A program made the position numbers and the translations under genes. Below are positions 24,037 through 39,174 of a stretch of 64,000 nucleotides of DNA, piece by piece. Source of the stretch: Mayamaea pseudoterrestris (Eukaryota); NCBI GenBank assembly GCA_027923505.1, contig BROI01000008.1:1054001-1118000 (forward strand), written 5' to 3'. Position 1 is the stretch's first letter; each line of letters opens with the position of its first letter. The notes beneath the pieces are model-generated. The model was given only the letters and a program-made list of their open reading frames with translations. It had not been told where the DNA came from and did not search any database.

Positions 24037-27000
24037 TGGACCTTATTATGCACCTATTGCGGATTGCAGTAGCAGGTTCAGATTCTTGCTGGCCAGGTTG
24101 CATCACTATACAAATCCCATCTGAAACTTTGATGTGGTGAAATCACTTGGAGGAACCTACTTGCTATATTCACGCATAATCACTGGCTGACTGGCTTCCA
24201 AATTGGAACATCTCAACCTTTGACTTTGTCAAACATCTTATCCCCATTGCCAAGGCATGCTCAGAATCATGCTAGCAAGGTTGGATCATCACATAAATCC
24301 CAACTGAAACTTTGCTGTGTTTGGCACACGGAACACCCTACTTGTTTCACTCTCAGTCACACCACAGCCGCTGCCAGAACTGCTGCTGTTTTCAAAGTTC
24401 CAAGCCTTGGACCTTGTCAAGCACCTTCTGTGGATTACAGTAGCAGGTTCAGATTCTCGCTGGCCAGGTTGCATCACTATTCAAATCCCATCTGAAACTT
24501 TGTTGTGGTGGAATCACTTGGAGGAACCTACTTGCTATATTCATGCATAACCACTGCCTGACTGGCTTCCAAATTGGAACATCTCAACCTTTGACTTTGT
24601 CAAACATCTTATTCTGATTGCCATGGCATGCTCAGAAACATGCTTGCAAGGTTGGATGATCACATAAATCCCAACTGAAACTTAGCTGTGTTTGGCACAC
24701 TCACACCACAGCCACTGCCAGAATTGTTGCTGGTTTCAAAGTTCCAAGCCTTGGACCTTGTCAAGCACCTTCTGCGGATTGCAGTAGCAGGTTCAGTTTC
24801 TTGGTGGCCAGGTTGCATCACTATACAAATCCCATCTGAAACTTTGATGTGGTGGAACCACTTGGAGGAACCTACTTGCTATATTCACGCACAACCACTG
24901 GCTGACTGGCTTCCAAATTGGAACATCTCAACCTTTGACTTTGTCAAACAACCTAACCTGATTGCTATGGCATGCTCAGAATCATGCTTACTAGGTTGGA
25001 TCATCACATAAATCCCAACTGAAACTTTGCTGTGTTTGGCCCATGGAACACCCTACTTGTTTCAGTCTCAGTCACACCACAGCCGCTGCCAGAACTGCTG
25101 CTGTTTTCAAAGTTCCAAGCCTTGGACCTTGTCAAGCACCTTCTGCGGATTGCAGTAGCAGGTTCAGATTCTTGGTGGCCAGGTTGCATCACTTTACAAA
25201 TCCCATCTGAAACTTTGATGTGGTGGAACCACTTGGAGAAATCTACTTGCTGTAATCACGCAAAACCACTGGCTGACTGGCTTCCAAATTGACCTAGTAA
25301 GCATGATTTTGAGCATGCTTGGCAATCAGGATAGGATGTTTGACAAATCCCAACTGGAACTTTGCTGTGTTTGGCACACGGAACACCCTACTTGTTTCAG
25401 TCTCAGTCACACCACAGCCGCTGCCAGAACTGCAGCTGTTTTCAAAGTTCCAAGCCTTGGACCTTGTCAAGCACCTTCTGCGGATTGCAGTAGCAGGTTC
25501 AGATTCTTGTTGGCCAGGTTGCATCACTTTACAAATCCCATCTGAAACTTTGATGTGGTGGAACCACTTGGAGAAACCTACTTGCTATATTCACGCATAA
25601 TCACTGGCTGACTGGCTTCCAAATTGGAACATCTCAACCTTTGACTTTGTCAAACAACCTAACCTGATTGCCATGGCATGCTAAGAATCATGCTTGCAAG
25701 GTTGGATCATCACATAAATCCCAACTGAAACTTTGCTGTGTTTGGCACACAGAACACCCTACTTGTTTCAGTCTCAGTCACACCACAGCCGCTGCCAGAA
25801 CTGCTGCTGTTTTCAAAGTTTCAAGCCTTGGACCTTGTCAAGCACCTTCTGCGGATTGCAGTAGCAGGTTCAGTATCTTGGTGGCCAGGTTGCATCACTA
25901 CTTTACAAATCCCATCTGAAACTTTGATGTGGTGGAATCACTTGGAGGAACCTACTTGCTATATTCACGCATAATCACTGGCTGACTGGCTTCCAAATTG
26001 GAACATCTCAACCTTTGACTTTGTCAAACAACCTAACTTGATTGCCATGGCATGCTCAGAATCATGCTTGCAAGGTTGGATCATCACATAAATCCCAACT
26101 GAAACTTTGCTGTGTTTGGCACACGGAACACCCTACTTGTTTCAGTCTCAGTCACACCACAGTCGCTGCCAGAACTGCTGCTGTTTTCAAAGTTCCAAGC
26201 CTTGGACCTTGTCAAGCACCTTCTGCGGATTGCAGTAGCAGGTTCAGATTCTGGGTGGCCAGGTTGCATCACTTTACAAATCCCATCTGAAACTTCGATG
26301 TGGTGGAACCATTTGGAGGAACCTACTTGCTATATTCACACATAAGCACTGCCTGACTGGCTTCCAAATTGGAACATCTCAACCTTTGACTTTGTCAAAC
26401 AACCTATCCTGATTGCCATGGCATGCTTAGAATCATGCTTGCAAGGTTGGATCATCACATAAATCCCAACTGAAACTTTGCTGTGTTTGGCCCATGGAGC
26501 ACCCTACTTGTTTCAGTCTCAGTCACACCACAGCTGCTGCCAGAACTGCTGCTTGTTTTCAAAGTTCCAAGCCTTGGACCTTGTCAAGCACCTTCTGCGG
26601 ATTGCAGTAGCAGGTTCAGATTCTTGGTGGCCAGGTTGCATCACTTTACAACTCCAATCTGAAACTTTGATGTGGTGGAACCACTTGGAGAAACCTACTT
26701 GCTATATTCACGCATAACCACTGGCTGACTGGCTTCCAAATTGGAACATCTCAACCTTTGACTCTGTCAAACATCTTATCCCCATTGCCAAGGCATGCTC
26801 AGAATCATGCTTGCTAGGTTGGATCATCACATAAATCCCAACTGAAACTTTGCTGTGTTTGGCACATGGAACACCCAACTAGTTTCAGTCTCAGTCACAC
26901 CACAGCCACTGCCAGAATTGCTGGCGTATTCAAAGTTCCAAGCTTTGGACTTTGTCAAACACCTTCTGTGGATTGCAGTAGCAGGTTCAGATTCTTGGTG

Positions 27001-30000
27001 GCCAGGTTGCATCACTATACAAATCCCATCTGAAACTTTGATGTGGTGGAATCACTTAGAGGAACCTACTTGCTATATTCACGCATAATCACTGGCTGAC
27101 TGGCTTCCAAATTGGAACATCTCAACCTTTGACTTTGTCAAACAACCTAACCTGATTGCCATGGCATGCTCAGAATCATGCTTGCAAGGTTGGATCATCA
27201 CATAAATCCCAACTGAAACTTTGCTGTGTTTGGCACACGGAACACCCTACTTGTTTCAGTCTCAGTCACACCACAGCCGCTGCCAGAACTGCTGCTGTTT
27301 TCAAAGTTCCAAGCCTTGGACCTTGTCAAGCACCTTCTGCGGATTGCAGTAGCAGGTTCAGATTCTTGGTGGCCAGGTTGCATCACTTTACAAATCCCAT
27401 CTGAAACTTTGATGTGGTGGAACCACTTGGAGGAACCTACTTGCTATATTCACACATAAGCACTGCCTGACTGGCTTCCAAATTGGAACATCTCAACCTT
27501 TGGCTTTGTCAAACAACCTATCCTGATTGCCATGGCATGCTTAGAATCATGCTTGCAAGGTTCGATCATCACATAAATCCCAACTGAAATTTTGCTGTGT
27601 TTGGCCCATGGAGCACCCTACTTGTTTCAGTCTCAGTCACACCACAGCTGCTGCCAGAACTGCTGCTTGTTTTCAAAGTTCCAAGCCTTGGACCTTGTCA
27701 AGCACCTTCTGCGGATTGCAGTAGCAGGTTCAGATTCTTGGTGGCCAGGTTGCATCACTTTATAAATCCCATCTGAAACTTTGATGTGGTGGAACCACTT
27801 GGAGGAACCTACTTGCTATATTCACGCATAACCACTGGCTGACTGGCTTTCAAATTGGAACATCTCAACCTTTGACTCTGTCAAACATCTTATCCGCATT
27901 GCCAAGGCATGCTCAGAATCATGCTTGCTAGGTTGGATCATCACATAAATCCCAACTGAAACTTTGCTGTGTTTGGCACATGGAACACCCAACTAGTTTC
28001 AGTCTCAGTCACACCACAGCCACTGCCAGAATTGCTGGCGTATTCAAAGTTCCAAGCTTTGGACCTTGTCAAGCACCTTCTGTGGATTGCAGTAGCAGGT
28101 TCAGATTCTTGGTGGCCAGGTTGCATCACTATACAAATCCCATCTGAAACTTTGATGTGGTGGAACCACTTGGAGGAACCTACTTGCTATATTCATGCAT
28201 ATCCACTGGCTGACTGGCTTCCAAATTGGTACATCTCAACCTTTGACTTTGTCAAACAACCTATCCTGATTGCCATGGCATGCTCAGAATCATGCTTGCA
28301 AGGTTGGATCATCACATAAATCCCAACTGAAACTTTGCTGTGTTTGGCCCATGGAACACCCTACTTGTTTCAGTCTCAGTCACACCACAGCCACTGCCAG
28401 AATTGCTGCTGTATTTAAAATTCCAAGCCTTGGACCTTGTCAAGCACCTTCTGCGGATTACAGTAGCAGGCTCAGATTCTTGGTGGCTAGGTTGCATCAC
28501 TATTCAAATCCCATCTGAAACTTTGATGTGGTGGAACCAATTGGAGGAACCTACTTGCTATGTTCACGCATAACCACTACCTGACTGGCTTCCAAATTGG
28601 AACATCTCAGCCTTTGACTTTGTCAAACAACTTATTCTGATTGCCGTGGCATGCTCAGAAGCATGCTAGCAAGGTTGGATCATCACATAAATCCCAACTG
28701 AAATTTTGCTGTGTTTGGGACATGGAACACCCTACTTGTTTCAGTCTCAGTCACACCACAGCCCCTGCTAGAACTGATGCTGTTTTCAAAGTTCCAAGCT
28801 TTGGACCTCGTCAAGCACCTTCTGCGGATTGCAGTAGCAGGTTCAGATTCTTGGTGGCCAGGTTGCATCACTTTATAAATCCCATCTGAAAATGTGATAT
28901 GGTGGAACCACTTGGAGGAATCTACTTGCTATATTCACACATAAGCACTGCCTGACTGGCTTCCAAATTGGAACATTTCAACCTTTGGCTTTGTCAAACA
29001 ACCTATCCTGATTGCCATGGCATGCTTAGAATCATGCTTGCAAGGTTGGATCATCACATAAATCCCAACTGAAACTTTGCTGTGTTTGGCCCATGGAGCA
29101 CCCTACTTGTTTCAGTCTCAGTCACACCACAGCCACTGCCAGAATTGCTGCTGTATTCACAATTCCAAGCCTTGGACCTTGTCAAGCACCTTCTGCGGAT
29201 TGCAGTAGCAGGTTCAGATTCTTGGTGGCCAGGTTGCATCACTTTATAAATCCCATCTGAAACTTTGATGTGGTGGAACCACTTGGAGGAACCTACTTGC
29301 TATATTCACGCATAACCACTGGCTGACTGGCTTCCAAATTGGAACATCTCAACCTTTGACTTTGTCAAACATCTTATCCTGATTGCCAAGGCATGCTCAG
29401 AATCATGCTTGCAAGGTTGGATCATCACATAAATCCCAACTGAAACTTTGCTGTGTTTGGCACATGGAACACCCAACTAGTTTCAGTCTCAGTCACACCA
29501 CAGCCGCTGCCTGAACTGCTGCTGTTTTCAAAGTTTCAAGCCTTGGACCTTGTCAAGCACCTTCTGCGGATTGCAGTAGCAGGTTCAGATTCTTGGTGGC
29601 CAGGTTGCATCACTATACAAATCCCATCTGAAACTTTGATGTGGTGGAACCACTTGGAGGAACCTACTTGCTATATTCACGCATAACCACTGGCTGACTG
29701 GCTTCCAAATTGGAACATCTCAACCTTTGACTTTGTCAAACAACCTATCCTGATTGCCATAGCATGCCCAGAATCATGCTTGCTAGGTTGGATCATCACA
29801 TAAATCCCAACTGAAACTTTGCTGTGTTTGGCCCATGGAACACCCTACTTGTTTCAGTCTCAGTCACACCACAGCCACTGCCAGAATTGCTGCTGTATTC
29901 AAAGTTCCAAGCCTTGGACCTTGTCAAGCACCTTCTGCGGATTGCAGTAGCAGGTTCAGATTCTTGGTGGCCAGGTTGCATCACTATACAAATCCCATCT

Positions 30001-33000
30001 GAAACTTTGATGTGGTGGAACCACTTGGAGGAACCTACTTGCTATATTCACGCATAACCACTGGCTGACTGGCTTCCAAATTGGAACATCTCAACCTTTG
30101 ACTTTGTCAAACAACCTATCCTGATTGCCATGGCATGCTCAGAATCATGCTTGCAAGGTTGGATCATCACATAAATCCCAACTGAAACTTTGCTGTGTTT
30201 GGCCCATGGAACACCCTACTTGTTTCAGTCTCAGTCACACCACAGCCACTGCCAGAACTGCTGCTGTATTCAAAGTTCCAAGCCTTGGACCTTGTCAAGC
30301 ACCTTCTGCGGATTGCAGTAGCAGGTTCAGATTCTTGGTGGCCAGGTTGCATCACTTTACAAATCCCATCTGAAACTTTGATGTGGTGGAACCACTTGGA
30401 GGAACCTACTTGCTATATTCACGCATAACCACTGGCTGACTGGCTTCCAAATTGGAACATCTCAACCTTTGACTTTGTCCACCAACCTATCCTGATTGCC
30501 ATGGCATGCTCAGAATCATGCTTGCAAGGTTGGATCATCACATAAATCCCAACTGAAACTTTGCTGTGTTTGGCACACGGAACACCCTACTTGTTTCAGT
30601 CTCAGTCACACCACAGCCGCTGCCAGAACTGCTGCTGTTTTCAAAGTTCCAAGCCTTGGACCTTGTCAAGCACCTTCTGCGGATTGCAGTAGCAGGTTCA
30701 GAATCTTGGTGGCCTGGTTGCATCACTATACAAATCCCATCTGAAACTTGGTTGTGGTGGAACCACTTAAATCCCAACTGAAACTTTGCTGTGTTTGGCA
30801 CATGGAACACCCAACTAGTTTCAGTCTCAGTCACACCACAGCCGCTGCCTGAACTGCTGCTGTTTTCAAAGTTTCAAGCCTTGGACCTTGTCAAGCACCT
30901 TCTGCGGATTGCAGTAGCAGGTTCAGATTCTTGGTGGCCAGGTTGCATCACTATACAAATCCCATCTGAAACTTTGATGTGGTGGAACCACTTGGAGGAA
31001 CCTACTTGCTATATTCACGCATAACCACTGGCTGACTGGCTTCCAAATTGGAACATCTCAACCTTTGACTTTGTCAAACAACCTATCCTGATTGCCATAG
31101 CATGCCCAGAATCATGCTTGCTAGGTTGGATCATCACATAAATCCCAACTGAAACTTTGCTGTGTTTGGCCCATGGAACACCCTACTTGTTTCAGTCTCA
31201 GTCACACCACAGCCACTGCCAGAATTGCTGCTGTATTCAAAGTTCCAAGCCTTGGACCTTGTCAAGCACCTTCTGCGGATTGCAGTAGCAGGTTCAGATT
31301 CTTGGTGGCCAGGTTGCATCACTATACAAATCCCATCTGAAACTTTGATGTGGTGGAACCACTTGGAGGAACCTACTTGCTATATTCACGCATAACCACT
31401 GGCTGACTGGCTTCCAAATTGGAACATCTCAACCTTTGACTTTGTCAAACAACCTATCCTGATTGCCATGGCATGCTCAGAATCATGCTTGCAAGGTTGG
31501 ATCATCACATAAATCCCAACTGAAACTTTGCTGTGTTTGGCCCATGGAACACCCTACTTGTTTCAGTCTCAGTCACACCACAGCCACTGCCAGAACTGCT
31601 GCTGTATTCAAAGTTCCAAGCCTTGGACCTTGTCAAGCACCTTCTGCGGATTGCAGTAGCAGGTTCAGATTCTTGGTGGCCAGGTTGCATCACTTTACAA
31701 ATCCCATCTGAAACTTTGATGTGGTGGAACCACTTGGAGGAACCTACTTGCTATATTCACGCATAACCACTGGCTGACTGGCTTCCAAATTGGAACATCT
31801 CAACCTTTGACTTTGTCCACCAACCTATCCTGATTGCCATGGCATGCTCAGAATCATGCTTGCAAGGTTGGATCATCACATAAATCCCAACTGAAACTTT
31901 GCTGTGTTTGGCACACGGAACACCCTACTTGTTTCAGTCTCAGTCACACCACAGCCGCTGCCAGAACTGCTGCTGTTTTCAAAGTTCCAAGCCTTGGACC
32001 TTGTCAAGCACCTTCTGCGGATTGCAGTAGCAGGTTCAGAATCTTGGTGGCCTGGTTGCATCACTATACAAATCCCATCTGAAACTTGGTTGTGGTGGAA
32101 CCACTTGCTGTATTTACGCACATGCCTGACTGGCTTCCAAATTGGAAAATTCAAAATTTTATTTGTCAAACATCTTATCCTGATTGCCATGGCATGCTCA
32201 GAATCATGCTTGCAAGGTTGGATCATCACATAAATCCCAACTGAAATTTCGCTTTGTTTGGCACATGGAACACCCTTCTTGTTTCAGTCTCAGTCACACC
32301 ACAGCAACTGCCAGAATTGCTGCTGTATTCAAAGTTCCAAGCCTTGGACCTTGTCAAGCACCTTCTGCGAATTGCAGTAGCAGGTTCAGATTCTTGCTGG
32401 CCAGGTTGCATCACTATTCAAATCCCATCTGAAACATTGTTGTGGTGGAATCACTTGGAGGAACCTACTTGCTATATTCACCCTAATCACTGGCTGACTG
32501 GCTTCCAAATTGGAACATCTCAACCTTTGACTTTGTCAAACAACCTATCCTGATTGCCATAGCATGCCCAGAATCATGCTTGCTAGGTTGGATCATCACA
32601 TAAATCCCAACTGAAACTTTGCTGTGTTTGGCCCATGGAACACCCTACTTGTTTCAGTCTCAGTCACACCACAGCCGCTGCCAGAATTGCTGCTGTTTTC
32701 AAAGTTCCAAGTTTTGACCTTGTCAAGCACCTTCTGTGGATTGCAGTAGCAGGTTCAGATTCTTGGTGGCCAGGTTGCATCACTGTAAAAATCCCATCTA
32801 AAACTTTGACGTGGTGGAACCACTTGGAGGAACCTACTTGCTGTATTCACGCATAGCCACTGGCTGACTGGCTTCCAAATTGGAACATATCAACCTTTGC
32901 CTTTGTCAAACATCATATCCTGATTGCCATGGCATGCTCAGAATCATGCTAGCAAGGTTGGATCATCACATAAATCCCAACTGAAACTTTGCTGTGTTTG

Positions 33001-36000
33001 GCACAGACACCGAACTTGTTTGTCTTCACACCACAGCCACTGCCAGAACTGCTGCTGTATTCAAAGTTCCAAGCCTTGACTTAGCCCAAAGTTCATTCGG
33101 TGGCCAGTTATACAACATCAACTTTGATGTGTGGAACCTACTTGCTATATCCACTTGCTAACCACTGGCTGACTGGCTTCCAAATTGGAACATCTCAACC
33201 AAGGACTTTGTCAAACAGCTTATCCTGATTGCCATGGCATGCTCAGAATCATGCTTGCAAGGTTGGATCATCACATAAATCCCAACTGAAACTTTGCTGT
33301 GTTTGGCACATGGAACACCCTCCTTGTTTCAGTCTCAGACACACCACAGCCACTGCCAGAATAGCTACTGTTTTCAAAGTTCCAAGCCTTGGACCTTGTC
33401 AAGCACCTTCTGCGGATTGCAGTAGCAGATTCAGATCCTTGGTGGCCAGGTTGCATCACTATACAAATCCCATCTGAAACTTTGACATGGTGGAACCACT
33501 TGGAGGAACCTACTTGCTATATTCACGCATAACCACTGGCTGACTGGCTTCCAAATTGGAACATCTCAACCTTTGACATTGTCAAACATCCTATCCTGAT
33601 TGCCAAGGCATGCTCAGAATCATGCTAGCAACGTTGGATCAAGACATAAATCCCAACTGTAACTTTACTGTATTTGGCACATGAAACACCCTACTTGTTT
33701 CAGTCTCAGTCACACCACAGCCCCTGCCAGAATTGCTGCTGTATTCAAAGTTCCAAGCCTTGGACCTTGTCAAGCACCTTCTGCGGATTGCAGTAGCAGG
33801 TTCAGATTCTTGCTGGCCAGGTTGCATCACTATACAAATCCCATCTGAAACTTTGATGTGGTGGAACCACTTGGAGGAACCTACTTGCTATATTCACGCA
33901 TAACCACTGGCTGACTGGCTTCCAAATTGAAACATCTCAACCTTTGACTTTGTCAAACATCTTATCCTGATTGCCATGGCATGCTCAGAATCATGCTAGC
34001 AAGGTTGGATCATCACATAAATCCCAACTGAAACTTTGCTGTGTTTGGCACATGGAGCACCCTCCTTGTTTCAGTCTCAGTCACACCACAGCCACTGCCA
34101 GAATAGCTGCTGTTTTCAAAGTTCCAAGCCTTCAACCTTGTCAAGCACCTTCTGCGGATTGCAGTAGCATGTTCAGATTCCTGCTGGCCAGGTTGCATCA
34201 CTATACAAATCCCATCTGAAACTTTGATGTGGTGGAACCACTTGTAGGAAACCTACTTGCTATATTCACGCTTGACCACTGGCTGACTGGCTTCCAAATT
34301 GAAACATCTCAACCTTTGACTTTGTCAAACATCTTATCCTGATTGCCATGGCATGCTCAGAATCATGCTAGCAAGGTTGGATCATCACATAAATCCCAAC
34401 TGAAACTTTGCTGTGTTTGGCACATGGAGCACCCTACTTGTTTCAGTCTCAGTCACACCACAGCCACTGCCAGAATAGCTGCTGTTTTCAAAGTTCCAAG
34501 CCTTGGACCTTGTCAATCACCTTCTGGGGAATGCAGTAGCAGGTTCAGAATCTTGCTGGCCAGGTTGCATCACTATACAAATCCCATCTGAAACTTTGAT
34601 GTGGTGGAACCACTTGGAGAAACCTACTTGCTATATTCACGCTTGACCACTGGCTGACTGGCTTCCAAATTGGAACATCTCAACCTTTGACTTTGTCAAA
34701 CATCTTATCCTGATTGCCATGGCATGCTCAGAATCATGCGAGCAAGGTTGGATCATCACATAAATCCCAACTGAAACTTTGCTGTGTTTGGCACATGGAG
34801 CACCCTCCTTGTTTCAGTCTCAGTCACACCACAGCCACTGCCAGAATAGCTGCTGTTTTCAAAGTTCCAAGCCTTGGACCTTGTCAAGCACCTTCTGTGG
34901 ATTGCAGTAGCAGGTTCAGATTATTGCTGGCCAGGTTGCATCACTATACAAATCCCATCTGAAACTTTGATGTGGTGGAACCACTTGGAGAACCCTACAT
35001 GCTATATTCACGCTTGACCACTGGCTGACTGGCTTCCAAATTGAAACATCTCAACCTTTGACTTTGTCAAACATCTTATCCTGATTGCCATGGCATGCTC
35101 AGAATCATGCTAGCAAGGTTGGATCATCACATAAAACCCAACTGAAACTTTGCTGTGTTTGAAACATGAACCTACTTGTTTCAGTCTCAGTCACACCACA
35201 GCCACTGCCAGAATAGCTGCTGTTTTTAAAGTTCCAAGCCTTGGACCTTGTCAAGCACTTTCTGCGGATTGCAGTAGCAGGTTCAGATTCTTGCTGGCCA
35301 GCTTGCATCACTATACAAATCCCATCTGAAACTTTGATGTGGTGGAACCACTTGGAGAACCCTACATGCTATATTCACGCTTGACCACTGGCTGACTGGC
35401 TTCCAAATTGAAACATCTCAACCTTTGACTTTGTCAAACATCTTATCCTGATTGCCATGGCATGCTCAGAATCATGCTAGCAAGGTTGGATCATCACATA
35501 AATCCCAACTGAAACTTTGCTGTGTTTGGCACATGGAGCACCCTCCTTGTTTCAGTCTCAGTCACACCACAGCCACTGCCAGAATAGCTGCTGTTTTCAA
35601 AGTTCCAAGCCTTCAACCTTGTCAAGCACCTTCTGTGGATTGCAGTAGCAGGTTCAGATTCCTGCTGGCCAGGTTGCATCACTATACAAATCCCATCTGA
35701 AACTTTGATGTGGTGGAACCACTTGGAGGAACCTACTTGCTATATTCACCCTTGACCACTGCCTGACTGGTTTCCAAATTGAAACATCTCAACCTTGGAC
35801 TTTGTCAAACAGCTTATCCTGATTGCCATGGCATGCTCAGAATCATGCTAGCAAGGTTGGATCATCACATAAATCCCAACTGAAACTTTGCTGTGTTTGG
35901 CACATGGAGCACCCTCCTTGTTTCAGTCTCAGACACACCACAGCCACTGCCAGAATAGCTGCTGTTTTCAAAGTTCCAAGCCTTGGACCTTGTCAATCAC

Positions 36001-39000
36001 CTTCTGGGGAATGCAGTAGCAGGTTCAGAATCTTGCTGGCCAGGTTGCATCACTATACAAATCCCATCTGAAACTTTGATGTGGTGGAACCACTTGGAGA
36101 AACCTACTTGCTATATTCATGCTTGACCACTGGCTGACTGGCTTCCAAATTGGAACATCTCAACCTTTGACTTTGTCAAACATCTTATCCTGATTGCCAT
36201 GGCATGCTCAGAATCATGCGAGCAAGGTTGGATCATCACATAAATCCCAACTGAAACTTTGCTGTGTTTGGCACATGGAGCACCCTCCTTGTTTCAGTCT
36301 CAGTCACACCACAGCCACTGCCAGAATAGCTGCTGTTTTCAAAGTTCCAAGCCTTGGACCTTGTCAAGCACCTTCTGTGGATTGCAGTAGCAGGTTCAGA
36401 TTATTGCTGGCCAGGTTGCATCACTATACAAATCCCATCTGAAACTTTGATGTGGTGGAACCACTTGTAGGAACCTACTAGCTATATTAACGCTTGACCA
36501 CTGGCTGACTGGCTTCCAAATTGGAACATCTCAACCTTTGACTTTGTCAAACATCTTATCCTGATTGCCATGGCATGCTCAGAATCATGCTAGCAAGGTT
36601 GGATCATCACATAAACCCCATCTGAAACTTTGCTGTGTTTGGCACATGCAACACCCTACTTGATTCAGTCGAATTCACACCACAGCCACTGCCAGAATAG
36701 CTGCTGTTTTCAAAGTTCCAAGCCTTCAACCTTGTTAAGCACCTTCTGGGGATTGCAGTAGCAGGTTCAGAATCTTGCTGGCCAGGTTGCATCACTATAC
36801 AAATCCCATCTGAAACTTTGATGTGGTGGAACTACTTGTTGGAACCTACCTGCTATATTCACACATAACCACCACCTGACTGGCTTCCAAATTGAAACAT
36901 CTCAACCTTTGACTTTGTCAAACATCTTATCCTGATTGCGATTGCCATGGCATGCTCAGAATCATGCTAGCAAGGTTGGATCATCACATAAAACCCAACT
37001 GAAACTTTGCTGTGTTTGAAACATGAACCTACTTGTTTCAGTCTCAGTCACACCACAGCCACTGCCAGAATAGCTGCTGTTTTTAAAGTTCCAAGCCTTG
37101 GACCTTGTCAAGCACTTTCTGCGGATTGCAGTAGCAGGTTCAGATTCTTGCTGGCCAGCTTGCATCACTATACAAATCCCATCTGAAACTTTGATGTGGT
37201 GGAACCACTTGGAGAACCCTACATGCTATATTCACGCTTGACCACTGGCTGACTGGCTTCCAAATTGAAACATCTCAACCTTTGACTTTGTCAAACATCT
37301 TATCCTGATTGCCATGGCATGCTCAGAATCATGCTAGCAAGGTTGGATCATCACATAAATCCCAACTGAAACTTTGCTGTGTTTGGCACATGGAGCACCC
37401 TCCTTGTTTCAGTCTCAGTCACACCACAGCCACTGCCAGAATAGCTGCTGTTTTCAAAGTTCCAAGCCTTCAACCTTGTCAAGCACCTTCTGTGGATTGC
37501 AGTAGCAGGTTCAGATTCCTGCTGGCCAGGTTGCATCACTATACAAATCCCATCTGAAACTTTGATGTGGTGGAACCACTTGGAGGAACCTACTTGCTAT
37601 ATTCACCCTTGACCACTGCCTGACTGGTTTCCAAATTGAAACATCTCAACCTTGGACTTTGTCAAACAGCTTATCCTGATTGCCATGGCATGCTCAGAAT
37701 CATGCTAGCAAGGTTGGATCATCACATAAATCCCAACTGAAACTTTGCTGTGTTTGGCACATGGAGCACCCTCCTTGTTTCAGTCTCAGACACACCACAG
37801 CCACTGCCAGAATAGCTGCTGTTTTCAAAGTTCCAAGCCTTGGACCTTGTCAATCACCTTCTGGGGAATGCAGTAGCAGGTTCAGAATCTTGCTGGCCAG
37901 GTTGCATCACTATACAAATCCCATCTGAAACTTTGATGTGGTGGAACCACTTGGAGAAACCTACTTGCTATATTCATGCTTGACCACTGGCTGACTGGCT
38001 TCCAAATTGGAACATCTCAACCTTTGACTTTGTCAAACATCTTATCCTGATTGCCATGGCATGCTCAGAATCATGCGAGCAAGGTTGGATCATCACATAA
38101 ATCCCAACTGAAACTTTGCTGTGTTTGGCACATGGAGCACCCTCCTTGTTTCAGTCTCAGTCACACCACAGCCACTGCCAGAATAGCTGCTGTTTTCAAA
38201 GTTCCAAGCCTTGGACCTTGTCAAGCACCTTCTGTGGATTGCAGTAGCAGGTTCAGATTATTGCTGGCCAGGTTGCATCACTATACAAATCCCATCTGAA
38301 ACTTTGATGTGGTGGAACCACTTGTAGGAACCTACTAGCTATATTAACGCTTGACCACTGGCTGACTGGCTTCCAAATTGGAACATCTCAACCTTTGACT
38401 TTGTCAAACATCTTATCCTGATTGCCATGGCATGCTCAGAATCATGCTAGCAAGGTTGGATCATCACATAAACCCCATCTGAAACTTTGCTGTGTTTGGC
38501 ACATGCAACACCCTACTTGATTCAGTCGAATTCACACCACAGCCACTGCCAGAATAGCTGCTGTTTTCAAAGTTCCAAGCCTTCAACCTTGTTAAGCACC
38601 TTCTGGGGATTGCAGTAGCAGGTTCAGAATCTTGCTGGCCAGGTTGCATCACTATACAAATCCCATCTGAAACTTTGATGTGGTGGAACTACTTGTTGGA
38701 ACCTACCTGCTATATTCACACATAACCACCACCTGACTGGCTTCCAAATTGAAACATCTCAACCTTTGACTTTGTCAAACATCTTATCCTGATTGCCATG
38801 GCATGCTCAGAATCATGCTAGCAAGGTTGGATCATCACATAAAACCCAACTGAAATTTCTGTGTTTTGGCCCATAGAACACCCTACTTGTTTCAGTCTCA
38901 GTCACACCACAGCCACTGCCAGAATTGCTGCTGTATTCAAAGTTCCAAGCCTTGGATCTTGTCAAGCACCCTCTGCAGATTGCAGTAGCAGGTTTAGATT

Positions 39001-39081
39001 CTTGGTGGCTAGGTTGCATCACTATTCAAATCCCATCTGAAACTTTGATGTGGTGGAACCAATTGGAGGAACCTTTGCTAT
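24037..39081 (+). repeat. 371-bp satellite array, left arm (~40 monomers)
   Basis: Head-to-tail units, e.g. aaatcccaactgaaac at 30173 and 30544 (period 371). ORF-track hits recur at ~371-bp spacing. Confidence 0.99.
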
Positions 39082-39174
39082 TTGCCAGACCAAAGCCGCG
39101 GGACTCGGATGCAAACCTTTAGCTACAGTCTCGTAACCTAGTAATCTCAAAGTTGCAGAAGATTGTAACGTCTG

